Under the pieces are notes generated by a model, which was not told the DNA's origin, did no database searches, and worked only from the letters and a program-made list of their open reading frames with translations. DNA of 64,000 bases from an uncultured Thiotrichales bacterium. Lineage in GTDB: Bacteria > Pseudomonadota > Gammaproteobacteria > UWMA-0217. The position numbers and the translations under genes were made by a program. The stretch is from positions 991-64,990 of the forward strand of contig CAZTOZ010000059.1 of assembly GCA_964614535.1 (NCBI GenBank), given 5' to 3'. Of this stretch, positions 60,389-64,000 are shown in pieces; position 1 is the stretch's first letter; each line of letters starts with the position of its first letter.

Positions 60389-61747
60389 TTAACGTAGCGC
60401 GCCTGAACGGCCGTAACCTTTCAGGTTCGCCTTTTTCATCAGGCCCTCGTACTGACTGGACATCAGATGCGCCTGCACCTGCGAGATGAAGTCCATCACG
60501 ACAACCACGATAATCAGCAACGACGTACCGCCAAAGTAAAACGGCACGTTCCAAGCCAGAATCATGAATTCCGGCAACAGGCAGACGAGCGTGATATAGA
60601 TCGCGCCGACCGCCGTCAGCCGCGTCATCACGCCGTCGATGTACTTGGCCGTCTGCTCCCCCGGGCGAATCCCCGGGATGAAGGCGCCGGCCTTCTTGAG
60701 ATTCTCTGCCGTTTCACGCGAGTTGAAGACCAACGCCGTATAGAAGAAGCAGAAAAATATGATCGCCAACGCGTAGAACAACGTGTACAGCGGTTGTCCC
60801 GGCGAGAGCAGAAGCGCGATGTCCTGCATCCAGCTCATGCCCTGGGTACTGCCAAACCACTGCCCGAGCGTTGCCGGAAACAGGATGATACTCGACGCAA
60901 AGATCGGCGGAATCACCCCCGCGATGTTCAGCTTCAGCGGCAGGTGGCTGGACTGCGCCGCATATACCCGATTCCCCTGCTGCCGCTTGGCGTAATTCAC
61001 CGTAATACGACGCTGCCCGCGCTCGACGAACACCACGAAATAGGTCACGCCAATGGCCAGCGCCAACAGCAGCAGAACCAATCCAGGCGCCAGTTCACCA
61101 GTGCTCGCCAGCTCCAGCGTGCCACCGATGGCGGCCGGAAGACCGGCGACGATCCCGGCAAAAATGATCAACGATATGCCATTGCCGAGCCCGCGTTCGG
61201 TGATCTGCTCCCCCAGCCACATCAGGAACATCGTGCCCGTGACCAGCGAGACGGCTGTCGTGAAGACGAACGCCGGGCCGGGGTTGATCGCGATCGAACC
61301 ATCGGCAAAGCTCTGCGACTGCAGGCTCAGCGCGACGCCGATCGACTGGAACGTGGCCAGCGCAACCGTAAAATAGCGAGTGTACTGGGTGATCTTGCGG
61401 CGCCCGGCCTCTCCTTCCTTTTTCAACTGCTCGAAAGTCGGAACCACCACGGTGAGCAGCTGCATGATGATCGACGCCGAAATGTACGGCATGATGCCCA
61501 GCGCAAAGATACTGAGCCGCTCCAACGCGCCGCCCGAAAACATGTTGAACATGTCGAGGATCGTGCCGGTTTGCTGGCTGAAGAAATCGGCCAGCGCGCC
61601 GGGATTGATCCCGGGCACGGGAATGAAGGTTCCGATACGATAAACGACCAGCGCAAGAACCACGAAACCGAGCCTCTGACGAAGCTCGGCCACCTTGCCG
61701 ATATCACCTATCGAAGCGGCGGGTTTGGCCCTGGTACGTTTTGCCAC
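60389..61747 (-). CDS. secY: Preprotein translocase SecY
   Basis: '[10 protein letters not shown]', '[15 protein letters not shown]', '[11 protein letters not shown]', '[10 protein letters not shown]'; GTG start at 61747. Confidence 0.98.
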   Translation of the reverse strand: MAKRTRAKPAASIGDIGKVAELRQRLGFVVLALVVYRIGTFIPVPGINPGALADFFSQQTGTILDMFNMFSGGALERLSIFALGIMPYISASIIMQLLTVVVPTFEQLKKEGEAGRRKITQYTRYFTVALATFQSIGVALSLQSQSFADGSIAINPGPAFVFTTAVSLVTGTMFLMWLGEQITERGLGNGISLIIFAGIVAGLPAAIGGTLELASTGELAPGLVLLLLALAIGVTYFVVFVERGQRRITVNYAKRQQGNRVYAAQSSHLPLKLNIAGVIPPIFASSIILFPATLGQWFGSTQGMSWMQDIALLLSPGQPLYTLFYALAIIFFCFFYTALVFNSRETAENLKKAGAFIPGIRPGEQTAKYIDGVMTRLTAVGAIYITLVCLLPEFMILAWNVPFYFGGTSLLIIVVVVMDFISQVQAHLMSSQYEGLMKKANLKGYGRSGALR

Positions 61748-61748
61748 G

Positions 61749-62183
61749 TTATTCCTCGATGCTGCCGTTGGCCGCTTCGATGGCGGCACGCGCGCCTTTC
61801 GAGACACCCAGGCCCTTCAGCTTGAGGGATTTGGTGACCTCGCCGGAGAGAAAGACCTTGACCCGCCGTGCCTTGAGCGGCACCAGATCAGCTTTCTTGA
61901 GCACATCGATGTCGATGACCTCGGCGTCGATGCCATTCAGCTCCCCGGTGCGGACCTGAGCGCTGGTGAGCGACTTGCGCGAGGTGAAGCCGACTTTCGG
62001 CAACCGGCGTTGCAGCGGCATCTGGCCGCCTTCGAATCCCACTTTGTGGAAGCCACCGGAGCGCGACTTTTGCCCTTTGTGGCCCCGACCGCAGGTCTTA
62101 CCGAGCCCCGAGCCAATACCGCGCCCGACGCGCTTGCGCGCGGGACGGCTACCAGGGGCCGGACGAAGCGTATTGAGTTGCAT
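61749..62183 (-). CDS. rplO: 50S ribosomal protein L15
   Basis: '[13 protein letters not shown]', '[14 protein letters not shown]'. Confidence 0.99.
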   Translation of the reverse strand: MQLNTLRPAPGSRPARKRVGRGIGSGLGKTCGRGHKGQKSRSGGFHKVGFEGGQMPLQRRLPKVGFTSRKSLTSAQVRTGELNGIDAEVIDIDVLKKADLVPLKARRVKVFLSGEVTKSLKLKGLGVSKGARAAIEAANGSIEE

Positions 62184-62374
62184 CAGGAGACTTCCTCGAC
62201 TTCAAGCATGTACGAAATCTTGTTGATCATACCGCGGTTCTCCGGGGTATCGAGCACAAGCACAGGATTGTGGATCTTGCGAATGCCCAGCCCCCGAGCG
62301 CACGCCTTGTGCGACTGCAGCCGGCCGTTGAGGCTCTTGCGCAAAGTCACTTTGAGTTGTTTCTGTTCCGCCAT
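62183..62374 (-). CDS. rpmD: 50S ribosomal protein L30
   Basis: [11 protein letters not shown]...[16 protein letters not shown]. Confidence 0.97.
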   Translation of the reverse strand: MAEQKQLKVTLRKSLNGRLQSHKACARGLGIRKIHNPVLVLDTPENRGMINKISYMLEVEEVS

Positions 62375-62379
62375 GACGT

Positions 62380-62889
62380 CTACCCTGTAATCTCTTCGAC
62401 GCTCTTGCCACGTTTCGCCGCGACGTCCTCGGGCGACGACATCTCGCGCAAACCGTTGAGCGTCGCCTTGACGACGTTGATCGGGTTGCGCGAACCGATA
62501 CACTTGGCCAGCACGTTGCGAACGCCCAGCACCTCGAAAACGGCGCGCATCGCGCCCCCGGCGATAATGCCAGTACCCTCGGAAGCCGGTTTCATGAACA
62601 CCTTGGCCGCGCCATGGCGGGACGTGATTGGATACTGAAGCGTGCCATCCTTCAACGCCACCGTGACCATATCACGGCGCGCGCGCTCCATCGCTTTCTG
62701 GATCGCGACCGGCACCTCTTTCGCCTTGCCATAACCGATACCGACCTTGCCTTCACCGTCACCGACGACGGTCAACGCGGTGAAACCGAACTGGCGACCG
62801 CCCTTGACGACCTTGGCGACGCGATTGACGGCCACCAGCTTTTCCTGCAGGCCGTCGGAGTTCTGATCTTGAAACTGTGCCTTTGCCAT
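62380..62889 (-). CDS. rpsE: 30S ribosomal protein S5
   Basis: '[12 protein letters not shown]', '[12 protein letters not shown]'. Confidence 0.99.
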   Translation of the reverse strand: MAKAQFQDQNSDGLQEKLVAVNRVAKVVKGGRQFGFTALTVVGDGEGKVGIGYGKAKEVPVAIQKAMERARRDMVTVALKDGTLQYPITSRHGAAKVFMKPASEGTGIIAGGAMRAVFEVLGVRNVLAKCIGSRNPINVVKATLNGLREMSSPEDVAAKRGKSVEEITG

Positions 62890-62900
62890 TGCTTTTGCCT

Positions 62901-63257
62901 CTAGAATTTGAGCCCGGATTCACGCGCTGCGTCGGCGAGCGCCTTGACACGACCGTGATATTTGAACCCGGAGCGATCGAAGGCAACCGACTCGATGCCT
63001 TTTTCCCTGGCCCGCTCGGCGATCAAACGGCCCACCTGCGCGGCCGCCTCGGCATTGCCCGTGTTCTCCAGCTCGCCCTTGAGCGACTTCTCGAGCGTCG
63101 AGGCGCTGGCAATGGTCGTGCCCCCATCGGGACCAATGATCTGCGCATAGATATGACGCGGCGTGCGGTGGACACAGAGACGATTGACACCCAGTTGACG
63201 AATCCGAGCTCGGGCACGTCTCGCTCTACGAAGCCTGCTGGCCTTTTTGTTAACCAT
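62901..63257 (-). CDS. rplR: 50S ribosomal protein L18
   Basis: '[10 protein letters not shown]', '[21 protein letters not shown]'. Confidence 0.99.
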   Translation of the reverse strand: MVNKKASRLRRARRARARIRQLGVNRLCVHRTPRHIYAQIIGPDGGTTIASASTLEKSLKGELENTGNAEAAAQVGRLIAERAREKGIESVAFDRSGFKYHGRVKALADAARESGLKF

Positions 63258-63266
63258 AGCTGAAAC

Positions 63267-63800
63267 CTATTTCTTCTTCGCTTCTTTGCGAATGATGCGT
63301 TCGTCCGCGTACTTGACACCCTTGCCCTTGTAAGGCTCGGGCGGACGGAACGCCCGAATGTCCGCCGCCACCTGCCCGACCTTCTGTTTGTCGGCGCCCC
63401 GGATGACCACCTCGGTCTGCGACGGTGTTTCGATTTCGATACCCTCCGGCACGTCGAAAACCACCGGATGGGAAAAACCGAGGGAAAGATTCAATTTGCG
63501 CCCCTGTGCCTGCGCCCGATAACCGACACCCACCAGTTGCAGCTTCTTCTCGAAACCCTGACTCACGCCCTGAACCATATTGGCGATGAGCGAACGCATG
63601 GTGCCGGCCATCGAAAAGTCCTGGGATGCCTCGTCCCGGGGACGCACGCGAACCACGCCGTCCTCGAAGCTGACGACAACGTCGGCATGCACCGTCATCG
63701 CCTGTTCCCCTTTCGAGCCCTTGACCCTGACATTCTGACCGTCGATGCTCAGCTCGACACCAGCCGGCACCTCAACGGGACTCTTAGCAATTCTTGACAT
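63267..63800 (-). CDS. rplF: 50S ribosomal protein L6
   Basis: MSRIAKSPV...'[11 protein letters not shown]'. Confidence 0.99.
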   Translation of the reverse strand: MSRIAKSPVEVPAGVELSIDGQNVRVKGSKGEQAMTVHADVVVSFEDGVVRVRPRDEASQDFSMAGTMRSLIANMVQGVSQGFEKKLQLVGVGYRAQAQGRKLNLSLGFSHPVVFDVPEGIEIETPSQTEVVIRGADKQKVGQVAADIRAFRPPEPYKGKGVKYADERIIRKEAKKK

Positions 63801-63816
63801 CTGTTCGGCCCTTAAA

Positions 63817-64000
63817 TCAAGTAACGGTGCAAATGACTTCGCCACCTTCACCGGCGGCACGAGCGGCACGATCGCTCATCACGCCTTTCGACGTCGAGAT
63901 GATTGCGACACCCAGCCCGCCATCGACCGACGGCAGCTCGTCCTTGCCCTTGAAGATCCGCAGCCCCGGTCGACTGACGCGCTCGATCCTGGCAATGACG
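63817..64000 (-). CDS. rpsH: 30S ribosomal protein S8 (5' part outside window)
   Basis: Manual: ...[12 protein letters not shown]...[25 protein letters not shown]...[11 protein letters not shown]. Confidence 0.97.
   Translation of the reverse strand, partial: VIARIERVSRPGLRIFKGKDELPSVDGGLGVAIISTSKGVMSDRAARAAGEGGEVICTVT

Overview
A GC-rich (~65% in core genes) chromosomal window from a gammaproteobacterium, probably a CO2-fixing chemolithotroph (stand-alone phosphoribulokinase). Left third is a cell-surface block: the ABC-type capsule export operon kpsF-M-T-E-D (running off the left edge), a PagP-like outer-membrane barrel, a partial type II secretion operon (gspG-N) translationally coupled to a YkgJ Cys-cluster protein and a thermonuclease lipoprotein, and a type IV minor-pilin cluster (fimU-pilV-W-X-Y1-E plus a divergent fimT). 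The middle holds an Irr-like regulator, thiO/thiS/thiG/trmB, prk, a FIST protein, a Gld-like ABC system, mutM, a hybrid kinase, ggt-fdx-coaD-rsmD-M16 pair, ftsYEX, a pseudo-receiver, rpoH (perfect CIRCE operator upstream) and pyk. At 42.8-48.7 kb is an accessory glycan patch with a perfect CRP-type site, an RgpF-like protein and a low-GC GT4 gene bracketed by a diverged direct repeat of the next gene's 5' end. The right end is housekeeping (ridA, spoT-rpoZ-gmk, ispB, murJ, alpha and spc ribosomal operons). No rRNA, tRNA, CRISPR array, transposase or integrase was seen. All product calls come from motif recognition by eye, not database searches. I did not find a clearly new multi-gene system; the best leads are the T2SS-coupled nuclease, CIRCE-controlled rpoH with an upstream pseudo-receiver, and the repeat-bracketed glycosyltransferase cassette.
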